Shown: positions 49,063-59,254, numbered from the stretch's first letter. The stretch is DNA of 64,000 nt from an uncultured archaeon (GCA_964584335.1 CAZOZN010000002.1:34974-98973); one strand, 5' to 3'. Program-made: numbers and translations. Notes: a model not told the origin generated them from the letters alone.

Positions 49063-49862
49063 ATCTTAACACTGAAGCAAACAATACGTGGTGCCCGGGT
49101 TGCGGACACTTTGTAATACTCTCGGCTGCAAGACAAGCTATTGAAGGACTCATAGAAGAAGGCAGAAAACACGAGAATTTTGCAATAGCATCTGGTATAG
49201 GTTGTCATGCAAAAATAGTAGATTACATAAAAGTAAACAGTTTTTATTCTATTCATGGTAGGGTTCCTCCCACAATAAGCGGAATGAAAATTGCTAATCC
49301 AGAACTGGATGTAATAGGATTTGCAGGCGATGGTGACGGTTATGGTGAGGGTATATCACATCTGATATTCGCGGCAAAGAGGAATATAGACATAACAATG
49401 GTAATACACAACAACAGAATTTACGGTTTAACCACGGGACAGTTTTCACCTACCACACCAAAAGGCTTAAAGACAAAGTCAACACCCGCGGGCAACAGCG
49501 AGTATCCACTAAATCCAATAAAACTTATGATTTCTTCCGGAGCAACATTTGTAGCAAGGTCTTCTTCCACAGACATGAATCATCTCAAAGAAATGATAAA
49601 GGAAGGTATAAACCACAAAGGTTTCGCAATAATAGACGTAATAGAACCTTGTTTAAGCTTTTACAATTCACTGGAGTATCTAAGAAAAAATGTTTATAAG
49701 ATGGAAAACCATGACCCGACGGACATGAAAAAAGCATTAGAAAGAGCGGGAGAATGGAAATACTCGGCAGAAGGAAAGGTTCCGATAGGAGTTTTTTACA
49801 AGGAAGAAAAATCAACATATAATGACAATCTGCTTAAAGACAGGAACCCTAGAAAGATGTAA
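49059..49862 (+). CDS. korB: 2-oxoacid:ferredoxin oxidoreductase beta subunit
   Basis: WCPGCG, SGIGC, GDGD..., NNRIYGLT.GQ.SPT. Confidence 0.94.
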   Translation: MNLNTEANNTWCPGCGHFVILSAARQAIEGLIEEGRKHENFAIASGIGCHAKIVDYIKVNSFYSIHGRVPPTISGMKIANPELDVIGFAGDGDGYGEGISHLIFAAKRNIDITMVIHNNRIYGLTTGQFSPTTPKGLKTKSTPAGNSEYPLNPIKLMISSGATFVARSSSTDMNHLKEMIKEGINHKGFAIIDVIEPCLSFYNSLEYLRKNVYKMENHDPTDMKKALERAGEWKYSAEGKVPIGVFYKEEKSTYNDNLLKDRNPRKM

Positions 49863-49863
49863 T

Positions 49864-51339
49864 TCAATGCCTAAAATATCTTTTATCAACATGAACTAAG
49901 GACACGTCTCTTTCGTTCGAAGCATCTATTACTTCTTCATCTCTTAAAGAGCCATAATAAGTAACCAATGTGGTGGCCCCTGCATCCACTGCCTCATCAA
50001 GGCCGTCTCTGAATGGTAAAAAAGAATCCGTAAACATTATACTATCTTTTAAGTCGTGGTTAAAGCTTTTTGCCTTTCTTGCCGCAAGCTCTATTACGTC
50101 AACTCTGCTTTGCTGGCCGCATCCAACTCCGAGAGTTTTTATTCCCAATAATTTTTCATCATAATAAGGCTTTACAAAAACTGCTGAATTTGATTTTGCC
50201 AGAAGAGTGGGTATTTGAGCAAAGTCAGCAGACAGCAAGTGGTCTTTTTGAGGTTTTCTTTTTGAAACAATATTAAATTTCTCGGCAAACCCTTTATTGT
50301 ACTCCTGAAACAAAGTACCGCCACCCAAAAGACCTTGAAGCCTGAAACCTTCATGAAGTTCATCGTACTTATCATAAATTGGAGAAATGTCCATCAGTCT
50401 TCTATTCTTTTTCTCCTTGAATCCTGATTTTGCTTTTTCTGTGAATCCCGGTGACATGAAAAGTTCAAGAAATATCTTGTTTTTATTAAAATAATCAGAA
50501 ATATCGCCCGTGGCCTTGAAAGTCGTCGAGCCTCCACCGCCAAAAGCGCTTTTACCATCAGTTTTAAAAGTATTATCAATACACCTGACGGGGCTTTTCT
50601 TATCGAAACACATTCCGGTGGGGCTTGTATGTTTAAACCATGCAGAACTGTAACCTTCCAAGCGGTTTCTGTCCATAAATCTCTGCAACTCCAGAGAGGC
50701 CTTCAGCATAGAATCCGCATCCAGGTCATTATTGTAAGAAATTTGTTTATTTTGTATTATTAAGTTAGAATCTGCTATGCTTACTTTTCCTCTCTCATTA
50801 TAAAGGGCTCCTACCTGATGAGGATTTTCAGCATATCTATGCTCTCTTACCTTGTCGTAAACCTTTATTATCGTATCCGGAAATCTTTCCTTTGAAAATT
50901 CTCTTAAGGATTTATCATAAAATGAAGTGTTATAAGATGCCGTTTTTCTGAAAGCCTCCGTCGCAAGTTTTTTTCTTGCATCCAAACTTGTACAACCGCT
51001 ATTTTTGCAGACCTCATTCATGAAATAGTCGTATTGTGAGGGGTCTGTCAGAACAGCCTCTTTTTTATAATTTTTTGCAGAAGAAGTTATAATGTCATGA
51101 CCAACCACATCAAAATTTTCTATTTTATCTTGGCTTGGACAAAGGTTACAAACAACCAAGTCAAAAGATTTTTCATCTGCTGAATTAAAATAAATTCCAT
51201 TACCTTTAAGAAATTCTTTTGTTTTGCCACTGGAAACTAAATTTACATCGTACTCTCTTAAGAATTCTCCCAGTTCGCTCAATTCGGTTTTGTCATAAAC
51301 ACTAATGAAAGCATTTTTTACCTGTATCAAATCTTCCAT
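49864..51339 (-). CDS. purH: Divergent PurH-like AICAR transformylase with shortened cyclohydrolase domain
   Basis: ISVYDKT, SAKNY, RYAENPHQ, SYNN.LD, KH, SAFGG, KSN, GQQSRV, DSFLPFRD, RYFRH. Confidence 0.85.
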   Translation of the reverse strand: MEDLIQVKNAFISVYDKTELSELGEFLREYDVNLVSSGKTKEFLKGNGIYFNSADEKSFDLVVCNLCPSQDKIENFDVVGHDIITSSAKNYKKEAVLTDPSQYDYFMNEVCKNSGCTSLDARKKLATEAFRKTASYNTSFYDKSLREFSKERFPDTIIKVYDKVREHRYAENPHQVGALYNERGKVSIADSNLIIQNKQISYNNDLDADSMLKASLELQRFMDRNRLEGYSSAWFKHTSPTGMCFDKKSPVRCIDNTFKTDGKSAFGGGGSTTFKATGDISDYFNKNKIFLELFMSPGFTEKAKSGFKEKKNRRLMDISPIYDKYDELHEGFRLQGLLGGGTLFQEYNKGFAEKFNIVSKRKPQKDHLLSADFAQIPTLLAKSNSAVFVKPYYDEKLLGIKTLGVGCGQQSRVDVIELAARKAKSFNHDLKDSIMFTDSFLPFRDGLDEAVDAGATTLVTYYGSLRDEEVIDASNERDVSLVHVDKRYFRH

Positions 51340-51379
51340 AAAAAAGATATTAAATACAAAACTACTTATATTATAAAAT

Positions 51380-52858
51380 TTACATGACCACAGAGAACTC
51401 CAAATCCCCTTTCTTAAGCTCTTCTATTGTTTTTACATTGTAATGAACCCTCATCGAGTACTTTAGGTTCTTAAAAACTTCGTCTATAACCTTATTTAAG
51501 GAGCCCTTAAAAGGGACCTCGTCTTCCTTGCCTTGCACGACAGCGTTTTTTAATTTTTCGTAATAGCGAGTACCTCCTCCAGCCTTAAGACCTTCCATAG
51601 AAGACATTCCAACATACTCCTTCACCAATCTGCCGTTTTTCTCTTTTATCTCACCGGGAGATTCCAATGAGCCGGCTATAAGCCCGCCCACCATTACAGC
51701 ATCGGCACCCGCTGCAAGCGCTTTTATAATATTTCCAGAAGCAATACTTGGAGTCCTTCCTATTCCGCCATCTGCTATACATCTTATACCGTGATATTTT
51801 GCAACTTTAGAACATTCCCATACAGCAGTCAATTGAGGGTTTCCTGCCCCAGTGACAATTCTGGTGGTACAGATAGATCCAGGTCCTATACCCACCTTTA
51901 TTGCATCTCTTTTTTCACATACGGAAGCAAGGTTCTCCGCGGACTTGGAATTATCAGTGTTTCCCCAAACAATCGGAATGTTATAGCTTTCTGTTATGTC
52001 ATTAAGAATTTTCTTTGTTATCTTTAAAACGCCCATAGAGTCTGCTTGAGCAGTCTCTACAAACAAGACATCTGCCTCAGCCTCTTCTATAAGCCTTCTC
52101 GACCTTTCTCTTAAGTCATCAACATTTCCAGGCCCGCCAACCGCTGCACCATACATTATCCTGTCATTCTTGTCAAGCAAAGCATTTGGATAGTCCTCTC
52201 TCTTAGTAACATCATGCCACGTAGTTATAGAATGTAGATTTCCCTTATCATTAACTATTAACAGCTTTCCGAAATTGTTCTCCCTCATTATTTCTTCTGC
52301 GAGAGGCAAAGTAAGGTCCTCATTGTAAAGAAGGCCCTCCATTGACATCTCTTTCTTGTCCATCATAACATCTCTTATTTTTTTATCAGAATCCTTCGGA
52401 GAATACCTATATTTTACAAGAAGACCTACCAGTTTACCATGTGTGGAACCGTCCACTGTTATCGGAATGGTGCTAAAGCCCTTATCTTTCTTTATTTTCA
52501 AAGCGTCACTAACAAGATTATCCGGAGAAAGAGTAACTGGGTTGGTTATGAAACTGCTAGTATACCTTTTTATTTTCTTGCCCATCCTGACCTGCTCCCC
52601 GATTGACATGGTCTTGGGCAAAACTCCTATGTTTCCGGAAAGACCTAAGGATATGCATGTCTCGTGGTTAACTGCGGTATGCATCGGGGCACCTACTATG
52701 GGACCGTTCAATTTAAGAGAATTGGTCAGGTGTGTTTTCAAGCTTATTTCCGATTTAGGCGTAAGTTCAGAATAACGAGATATAAGTCTTATATTTTTAT
52801 ACTCAAGAGCAAAAGGTACTTTGCCCATATCAGAGAACTTGTATTTGTATTTACCCAT
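51380..52858 (-). CDS. guaB: IMP dehydrogenase with CBS domains
   Basis: KVGIGPGSICTTR catalytic loop, IADGGI, KALAAGADAVM. Confidence 0.9.
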   Translation of the reverse strand: MGKYKYKFSDMGKVPFALEYKNIRLISRYSELTPKSEISLKTHLTNSLKLNGPIVGAPMHTAVNHETCISLGLSGNIGVLPKTMSIGEQVRMGKKIKRYTSSFITNPVTLSPDNLVSDALKIKKDKGFSTIPITVDGSTHGKLVGLLVKYRYSPKDSDKKIRDVMMDKKEMSMEGLLYNEDLTLPLAEEIMRENNFGKLLIVNDKGNLHSITTWHDVTKREDYPNALLDKNDRIMYGAAVGGPGNVDDLRERSRRLIEEAEADVLFVETAQADSMGVLKITKKILNDITESYNIPIVWGNTDNSKSAENLASVCEKRDAIKVGIGPGSICTTRIVTGAGNPQLTAVWECSKVAKYHGIRCIADGGIGRTPSIASGNIIKALAAGADAVMVGGLIAGSLESPGEIKEKNGRLVKEYVGMSSMEGLKAGGGTRYYEKLKNAVVQGKEDEVPFKGSLNKVIDEVFKNLKYSMRVHYNVKTIEELKKGDLEFSVVM

Positions 52859-52896
52859 AACATTATTTGGAAGAAAAAATACTTATATCTAAAATT

Positions 52897-53049
52897 TGGT
52901 GGGCCCGGCCGGATTCTCTACATTTTGAGATTTTAACAAAAGAGCTTATCGAACCGGCGGCCTCTGCGAATTTCAAACAAACATTTTAGTTAAAATCTTT
53001 CCTAAAGGGTTCTGTGAACGCAGCGTCATAACCGCTAGACTACGGGCCC
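52897..53049 (-). tRNA. tRNA-Val(CAC) with two introns: 52970-53012 (37/38), 52914-52947 (59/60)
   Basis: Perfect BHB TTCA/TGAA with AAC/GTT; spliced product is 76 nt. Confidence 0.9.
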
Positions 53050-53107
53050 TAATCCAAAACCAAATTAATCTTTTTAAATTAATGTTATTAAGTTTATATT
53101 GATTATC

Positions 53108-53566
53108 ATGTGTTCAAGAGAAAAATACAAAGAAATGGCAAAGAAATTCAAACTGCCAAAGCTTGAAGACCTCGAAAAGGTTTTCGCATTCAAACTTAGC
53201 AAAGATTCCGAAAACATATTCTATGATATAATGAAAGGTATAGAGGAGACTCTGATATACTCAAGAAAACTTCTTGAATCTCTAATTTTTATTAACGAGG
53301 GATCAAGCCCGGGTCATATATATGAATCTAGGTTTATTAAAAAAGATATATTCAAATCATACAAAAAACTCATGGAAATAAGATGGAAATACATAAATCT
53401 GTACTTCCACACAACCGAAAAGAAATGCGCAGAATTTATAAAAACATCATACGATGATTGGAATGGAGAAATAAAAGAAAACATACTGGAACTTTCAAAG
53501 GACATGGAAAACGCATGGAAGAACTACAAAGGTAAAAAACAAGAAAATCAAAATTATTTTGGTTAA
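53108..53566 (+). CDS. Hypothetical helical protein
   Basis: Long ORF with host-like codon usage. Confidence 0.6.
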   Translation: MCSREKYKEMAKKFKLPKLEDLEKVFAFKLSKDSENIFYDIMKGIEETLIYSRKLLESLIFINEGSSPGHIYESRFIKKDIFKSYKKLMEIRWKYINLYFHTTEKKCAEFIKTSYDDWNGEIKENILELSKDMENAWKNYKGKKQENQNYFG

Positions 53567-53567
53567 G

Positions 53568-54056
53568 ATGAAAATTAAAGAAGCTTTAAAAAAAGTTAAG
53601 AAAAATGAGAAAATAAAAGAAATATTAGATATCGGCGGTTTCTTTTCTTCAGGGTTTACGACACTTGAACCTGAAGAAATGATAGATAACTGGAACCTTA
53701 GTTTTTACAACTGCAAGAATGATATGATAACTTCCATTTATGTTTCAGAAAAAGAGGTAAAATTAGGTATAACAGACAAACCCCTACATAAAAACGTACA
53801 CAGGCCTGAAATAGAAAATGTAAAAATTACAGGAAAAGATGCGTTAAAAAAAGCTAAAAAAGAATTTAAAAAATACAAGAAACCTCTGTCAAAAATACTT
53901 GTTTCTATGCAGAAAAAGGAAACCGAAATTTGGAACATATCATTCATAACAAAAGTGGGTTCAATAATAAATATTAAAATAGACTCTAAAACAGGCAAAA
54001 TAATAAAAAAAGAAGAAATAACGCTGTTTCAAAAATATAATAAAGCCGGAAAATAA
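53568..54056 (+). CDS. Hypothetical protein with PepSY-like C-terminus
   Basis: DALKKAKK..W.I.F....NIKIDSKTGKII. Confidence 0.55.
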   Translation: MKIKEALKKVKKNEKIKEILDIGGFFSSGFTTLEPEEMIDNWNLSFYNCKNDMITSIYVSEKEVKLGITDKPLHKNVHRPEIENVKITGKDALKKAKKEFKKYKKPLSKILVSMQKKETEIWNISFITKVGSIINIKIDSKTGKIIKKEEITLFQKYNKAGK

Positions 54057-54058
54057 AA

Positions 54059-54193
54059 TGGTGGACCCGGCCGGATTTGAACCGGCGACCTCCGGCATTT
54101 ACGCCTATTTTGACTCAGTGGCCTTATAAGACCGGCGCTCTAATTACTCGCACCCTTCAATTAAGAAAGGACTCCAAGCTGAGCCACGAGTCC
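54059..54193 (-). tRNA. tRNA-Ile(UAU) with two introns: 54144-54173 (19/20), 54097-54123 (38/39)
   Basis: GGACTCG/CGGGTCC-A-CCA; CCGGT-CTTATAA^-GCCGG; BHB TTAT/GTAA with GCC/GGC and GCTT/GAGT. Confidence 0.87.
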
Positions 54194-54349
54194 ACACTCA
54201 AGTATTTAATCTAAGAAGATTATATAAATATTTATTACTTTAATTTGTTTATAACGGCACAATAAAACTTAAATATATGCTTAAAATAGAATAATACTAC
54301 TAAAATAGCATATTTTGTGTTATAATTCAATTAGTGGAGGTGTTTGAAA

Positions 54350-55999
54350 ATGAACGGGGGTAATCAACCTATTTTTGTATTGCCAGAAGGTACATTTAGG
54401 AATACAGGCAAAGATGCCCAAAAAAACAATATATCCGCCGCAAAAGCGGTTGGAGATACAGTAAGAACAACATTAGGTCCGAAAGGAATGGACAAGATGC
54501 TCGTTGATTCTATAGGAGATATTGTAATAACAAACGACGGTGTTACAATATTAGATGAGATGGAAATAGAGCATCCCGCAGCTAAAATGATGGTGGAAGT
54601 TGCGAAAACTCAGGAAGAATCTGTAGGTGACGGGACAACCACTGCCGTAATATTTGCTTCAGAACTTCTAAAAAAAGCGGAAGAACTGTTAGACCAGAAT
54701 ATTCACCCGACTATAATAACTAAGGGATTTAGAATAGCAAGAAAAGAAGTTCTGGATATATTAAACAAAATAGCTGTGGAAATTCATCCAGAAAAAGACA
54801 AGGATGTTCTTAAAAACATAGCAATGACTGCTATGACAGGAAAAAGTGCTGAAAAAGCTTCTGAACATCTTGCTGACTTGGCAGTAGAGGCAGTTAGACT
54901 GGTAGAAGAAGATGGAGAAATAAATTCAGATGACATAAAACTTGAGAAAAAACAAGGAGGAGGAATTGAAGACACGGAATTAATAAGGGGTCTTGTAATA
55001 GACAAAGAGATTGTGCATGGCGCAATGGCAAAAAAGATACAGGAAGCAAATATAGCCCTTGTGGATTCAGCCTTGGAAGTAAAAGAAATGGAAGCAGACG
55101 CCAAGATAAACATAACTTCTCCGGAACAGCTTGAATCATTTTTGGAAAAGGAAGAGAACATGATAAAAGAAATGGTTAATAACGTTGAAAAAAGTGATGC
55201 AAATATACTGTTCTGCCAGAAGGGAATAGACGACTCTGCCCAACATCTTCTAGCAAAAAAAGGAATAACTGCAATAAGAAGAGTTAAAAAGTCTGATATG
55301 GAGGCTTTGGCAAGAGCAACAGGAGCAAAAATAATATCTAACCTAGAAGACCTGGAAAAAAACTCTCTAGGCTACGCAAAACTTGTTGAAGAAAAAAGAA
55401 TAGGCGGAGAAAAAATGGTATTTGTAAGAGATTGTAAAACTCCAAAAGCTGTCTCTATATTAATAAGAGGTGGTACAGAACATGTCGTCGACGAAACAGA
55501 AAGAGCAATGAAAGACTGCATTGGTGGAGTAATAGCAACTCTTGAAAACAAAAGAGCAGTAGCCGGCGGGGGAGCAATTGAAGAAGAAGTCTGCAGGAAG
55601 CTTAAAAAAATATCACAGAGTTACTCTGGTAGAGAACAGCTTGCTATAATAGCATTCGCAGAAGCACTCGAAGCGATACCAAGGACGCTGGCAGAGAACG
55701 CCGGTTTGGACCCAATAGATATGCTCGTAAATATAAGAGCTGCGCATGACGAAGGGAAAGAACTTTTTGGCCTTGACGTAATAAATGGAAAAGTGGTTGA
55801 TATGTGGAAAAAAGGAGTAATAGAACCACTCAAAATAAAAACACAGGCAATAAACAGCGGAAGCGAAGCAGCTGAAATGATACTAAGAATTGACGATGTA
55901 GTGAACGCAGGAAAACTAGACAAAGGAATGGGTGGAGGATCAGGAGGTCCTCCAATGCCTCCGGGAGGAGGAATGGGTGGAATGCCACCTATGATGTAA
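54350..55999 (+). CDS. ths: Thermosome (group II chaperonin)
   Basis: [19 protein letters not shown]-rich tail. Confidence 0.97.
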   Translation: MNGGNQPIFVLPEGTFRNTGKDAQKNNISAAKAVGDTVRTTLGPKGMDKMLVDSIGDIVITNDGVTILDEMEIEHPAAKMMVEVAKTQEESVGDGTTTAVIFASELLKKAEELLDQNIHPTIITKGFRIARKEVLDILNKIAVEIHPEKDKDVLKNIAMTAMTGKSAEKASEHLADLAVEAVRLVEEDGEINSDDIKLEKKQGGGIEDTELIRGLVIDKEIVHGAMAKKIQEANIALVDSALEVKEMEADAKINITSPEQLESFLEKEENMIKEMVNNVEKSDANILFCQKGIDDSAQHLLAKKGITAIRRVKKSDMEALARATGAKIISNLEDLEKNSLGYAKLVEEKRIGGEKMVFVRDCKTPKAVSILIRGGTEHVVDETERAMKDCIGGVIATLENKRAVAGGGAIEEEVCRKLKKISQSYSGREQLAIIAFAEALEAIPRTLAENAGLDPIDMLVNIRAAHDEGKELFGLDVINGKVVDMWKKGVIEPLKIKTQAINSGSEAAEMILRIDDVVNAGKLDKGMGGGSGGPPMPPGGGMGGMPPMM

Positions 56000-56073
56000 C
56001 CCACATCTTTTTCTTTTTTATTTTTGGCTTAAAACCAAGTAAACTTTATAAATAATATATATCAATTTATATT

Positions 56074-56520
56074 ATGCCTAAAGATGTTGAACTTCATTCT
56101 GACGACTACGAAGTAATTCCGGTGGGTCCGATAAGAAGACTCGAAGAAAGATTAAAGAAACTGGAAAATGACAGAGAAGGTTTCGCCTACGAAAGCTTTA
56201 TGAGAGAAATACTTGAATTGATACAAAGCAATCAGAAGCTTGTCGACGAAATAGTAAAAGCAAACGACCAGCTAAGAGACGAGCTTTCAAAAATACCCGG
56301 TAAGATAGACGAACTTCTAGAAACCTGGAAAGAATTTATAAACATACTCAAAGAAGTCGGGGGGGCAGAGACAACAACATCTACGATGAAAAAACAATTC
56401 AGCACAATCGTGGAGCAAAACAAAGAAATGATGGACACGATAAAATCTTTGAAATCGAAGAAAATGTCTGGGGGTATAGAGAGGGCTAGAAAATATCCAA
56501 AGATAAAAATAAAAAGATGA
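56074..56520 (+). CDS. Coiled-coil hypothetical protein
   Basis: Heptad-rich ORF following a TTTATAAA box. Confidence 0.65.
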   Translation: MPKDVELHSDDYEVIPVGPIRRLEERLKKLENDREGFAYESFMREILELIQSNQKLVDEIVKANDQLRDELSKIPGKIDELLETWKEFINILKEVGGAETTTSTMKKQFSTIVEQNKEMMDTIKSLKSKKMSGGIERARKYPKIKIKR

Positions 56521-56732
56521 ATAAGATGAAAAACGACGACATAATAGAAAAATCTATCTACGTTCTAATAATAATAATACTGCTTATAGTAATACTAAAT
56601 GTTTTGTTTACTATAGGAACCGTTGTCAGCCTAATAGACGGATTCCAATTGATAATAAACATGCTTACAATAATAGTACTTTTGATGATATACATCAAAT
56701 TATTCGAATTTAGTGGCAAAAAAAAGAGATAA
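56517..56732 (+). CDS. Small two-TM membrane protein
   Basis: Two hydrophobic helices; ATGA overlap with upstream gene. Confidence 0.6.
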   Translation: MNKMKNDDIIEKSIYVLIIIILLIVILNVLFTIGTVVSLIDGFQLIINMLTIIVLLMIYIKLFEFSGKKKR

Positions 56733-56801
56733 AAGCATTTATTTGGCAATGCAAAAGTATTTGAATAGGTTATTATAAAAAATTAAAAAGGAGGTTTTAA
56801 A

Positions 56802-57197
56802 ATGAGAAAAGGAATAACACCCGTAATAGCAATGATATTGCTGATATTGATAGTAGTGGCTTTAGGAGGAGTATTTGCAGCATGGACAACAAGAACATGG
56901 GAAAGCCTGGGTGAATCAGGAGAACAACAAGTAGATGCGGTAACAGGTACTTTGTCTAAATCAATAACGATAGATAATGTTGATTGTGCTACTGGTACAA
57001 TTTATGTAAGAAACGTAGGTTCAACCAACATTACAGCAGACGAAGTAAGCACATATGTTGATAATTCACTAATCCCACACGGTGAAACAGGACTTATACT
57101 AACAGGAGCTATAGAAGATCTAGTTGTTGGTGGTGTGAGCTCTGGTTCACAGGTAAAAGTAACAGTATCAGGAAACTCAGCAACATACAGGTGCTAA
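56802..57197 (+). CDS. Archaeal type IV pilin 1
   Basis: Class III signal RKG|ITPVIA, hydrophobic helix, IYVRN.G. Confidence 0.9.
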   Translation: MRKGITPVIAMILLILIVVALGGVFAAWTTRTWESLGESGEQQVDAVTGTLSKSITIDNVDCATGTIYVRNVGSTNITADEVSTYVDNSLIPHGETGLILTGAIEDLVVGGVSSGSQVKVTVSGNSATYRC

Positions 57198-57281
57198 AGC
57201 GCCACTCATCTTTTTCTTTTATTTTAAATATAGTTATTTCTATTCTTTAATCGTATTTATATATTTACAAAAGGCAATCAG

Positions 57282-57686
57282 ATGAGAAAAGGAATAACAC
57301 CCTTAATAGCAATGATATTGCTGATATTGATAGTAATTGTATTGGCTGGTGCCTTTTTGGCATGGACAACAAGAACTTTTGAAACTGTTAGTGAAGCCGG
57401 TTCAGAATCGATAGAAAAAACAGGAGAATCGTTTTCAAAGACCATGAGAATAGATAATATTGACTGCAACGGTGGTAGTATTTATGTTAGAAACACTGGT
57501 GCAGGTGAATTAAGATGCAACGATTTGAGTGTCTATGTTGATGATTCAAGCGCAACATACTCTTGTGCCTTTTCAACAATAAACCCAGGAAGTGTTGGTG
57601 AAATAACAATAACAACACCAGCATCAATTTCAGGAAGCCGGGTTAAGGTTACATTATCGGGAAATTCAGATAGGTATAATTGTTAA
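57282..57686 (+). CDS. Archaeal type IV pilin 2
   Basis: RKG|ITPLIA; paralog of pilins 1 and 3. Confidence 0.9.
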   Translation: MRKGITPLIAMILLILIVIVLAGAFLAWTTRTFETVSEAGSESIEKTGESFSKTMRIDNIDCNGGSIYVRNTGAGELRCNDLSVYVDDSSATYSCAFSTINPGSVGEITITTPASISGSRVKVTLSGNSDRYNC

Positions 57687-57738
57687 GTATATTTTTTGTT
57701 TTTAAATAAAAAAGACGATATTATATTGAGGTTTTAAA

Positions 57739-58152
57739 ATGAGAAAAGGAATAACACCCGTAATAGCAATGATATTGCTGATATTGATAGTAGTGGCTTT
57801 AGGAGGAGTATTTGCAGCATGGACAACAAGAACATGGGAAAGCCTGGGTGAATCAGGAGAGGCGCAAGTGGGTGCGGTAACGGAAACTTTGTCCAATTCA
57901 ATAACGATAGATAATGTTGATTGTAACGGTCAGATAGTCTATGTCAGGAATACTGGAACAGGTTACTTGAATTGTACAGAAATTGGATTGTATGTTGATA
58001 GTGCAGTTGGAGTTTATTCATGTTCTCCTTTTACAGTTGGTCCGGGAAATATAACAACTATAACTGTAGGTCCTTTACCTGCTTCAGGCTGGACAAACAA
58101 TGAAAGAATAAGGGTAACAACATCAGGAAATTCTGCATCATACAGATGCTAA
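57739..58152 (+). CDS. Archaeal type IV pilin 3
   Basis: RKG|ITPVIA; 5' end identical to pilin 1. Confidence 0.9.
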   Translation: MRKGITPVIAMILLILIVVALGGVFAAWTTRTWESLGESGEAQVGAVTETLSNSITIDNVDCNGQIVYVRNTGTGYLNCTEIGLYVDSAVGVYSCSPFTVGPGNITTITVGPLPASGWTNNERIRVTTSGNSASYRC

Positions 58153-58217
58153 ATGAGAAACATTTTTTTCTATTTTAATTTTAAATATAGTTCTCTCTAT
58201 TTTTATAATGAGCTGTT

Positions 58218-58829
58218 ATGTTCTATAATTCAAAATTACGGTGTTCTGGGCAGTCGCAAATAATAGGTGTGGTTCTTTTAACTTTGGTAATGATAACCAT
58301 GGTGGCGGTCACGTATATGTGGGGAATGCCACTAATAGAGAAACAAAAAGATAATGTAAAGATTTCAAACTCAGAGGTATTAATGAGAGAAATCGACAAA
58401 AAAATAAAAAACGTTCTTAAAAATGGAGGAACACAGGTTATAGAAAACCCCAACATACCCGGTGAACTAATATTAAAAGACAACGGAAACAACGACACCA
58501 TCGAAATAAAATTTGATACAACTGGAACGACTATAGCCTCTGGAAAAGACATATACCTTATTGGAGACAGCAGAAACAACGTAAATATTGGTTCGGAATC
58601 GACCGTATTGAAGGTATTTTCAGAAAAATTTGGCGATAATGTTTACGAAGTAAGACTGTCTTTGTATTACAGAAACGTCAGCGGTAGCGAGAATACTTAT
58701 ATTGTAGACCTTGTTGGGTTAGGAAGAGAAAGTGTTCAAGGCAAAGGACATACTTTATCGTTCAGCGAAGGTGGTGTTATACAACAAGGAAATATGTACA
58801 TAACAAAAATAAATGCAAGGTTTGAATAG
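58218..58829 (+). CDS. Minor pilin-like protein
   Basis: SG|QSQIIG plus hydrophobic helix; pilus locus context. Confidence 0.7.
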   Translation: MFYNSKLRCSGQSQIIGVVLLTLVMITMVAVTYMWGMPLIEKQKDNVKISNSEVLMREIDKKIKNVLKNGGTQVIENPNIPGELILKDNGNNDTIEIKFDTTGTTIASGKDIYLIGDSRNNVNIGSESTVLKVFSEKFGDNVYEVRLSLYYRNVSGSENTYIVDLVGLGRESVQGKGHTLSFSEGGVIQQGNMYITKINARFE

Positions 58830-58837
58830 GTGTATTT

Positions 58838-59254
58838 ATGAACAGGAAAGGTCAGTATTTTAGCGTAGAGCAAATGCTCTTATTCAGTATAGGACTTATA
58901 ATAACAATATCTATATACTTTGCTCTTGTTAGTGTAAATGAAAACGTAAAAGAGATGGTAATTGAAGACCAAATGGGAGAAATAGCCACACTAATAAATT
59001 CTGAAATTAACAGAATGTATGTATCATCCGAAAACAGTGAACTGAAGATTCAGATACCAAAAAAAATATCAGAAAGTGGATACAGGATATACGTAGAAGG
59101 CTCACCATTAAACAAATTGGTATTGAAACTTGAAGAAGAAATAGTCAAGATACCGATAAACGAGGAACTCAACGCATCAGGAATGTTGTTCAGCTCCTCG
59201 GGTCAGATTAATATAAAAAAATCACAAGGAAGAATAACTATAGGTAGATTTTAG
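58838..59254 (+). CDS. Minor pilin-like protein
   Basis: RKG|QYFSVE class III signal. Confidence 0.78.
   Translation: MNRKGQYFSVEQMLLFSIGLIITISIYFALVSVNENVKEMVIEDQMGEIATLINSEINRMYVSSENSELKIQIPKKISESGYRIYVEGSPLNKLVLKLEEEIVKIPINEELNASGMLFSSSGQINIKKSQGRITIGRF

Larger units (their letters stand above)
56791..57860 (+). repeat. Identical 133-bp direct repeat (56791-56923 and 57728-57860) covering RBS and N-terminus of pilins 1 and 3
   Basis: Base-by-base comparison of the two copies. Confidence 0.9.
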
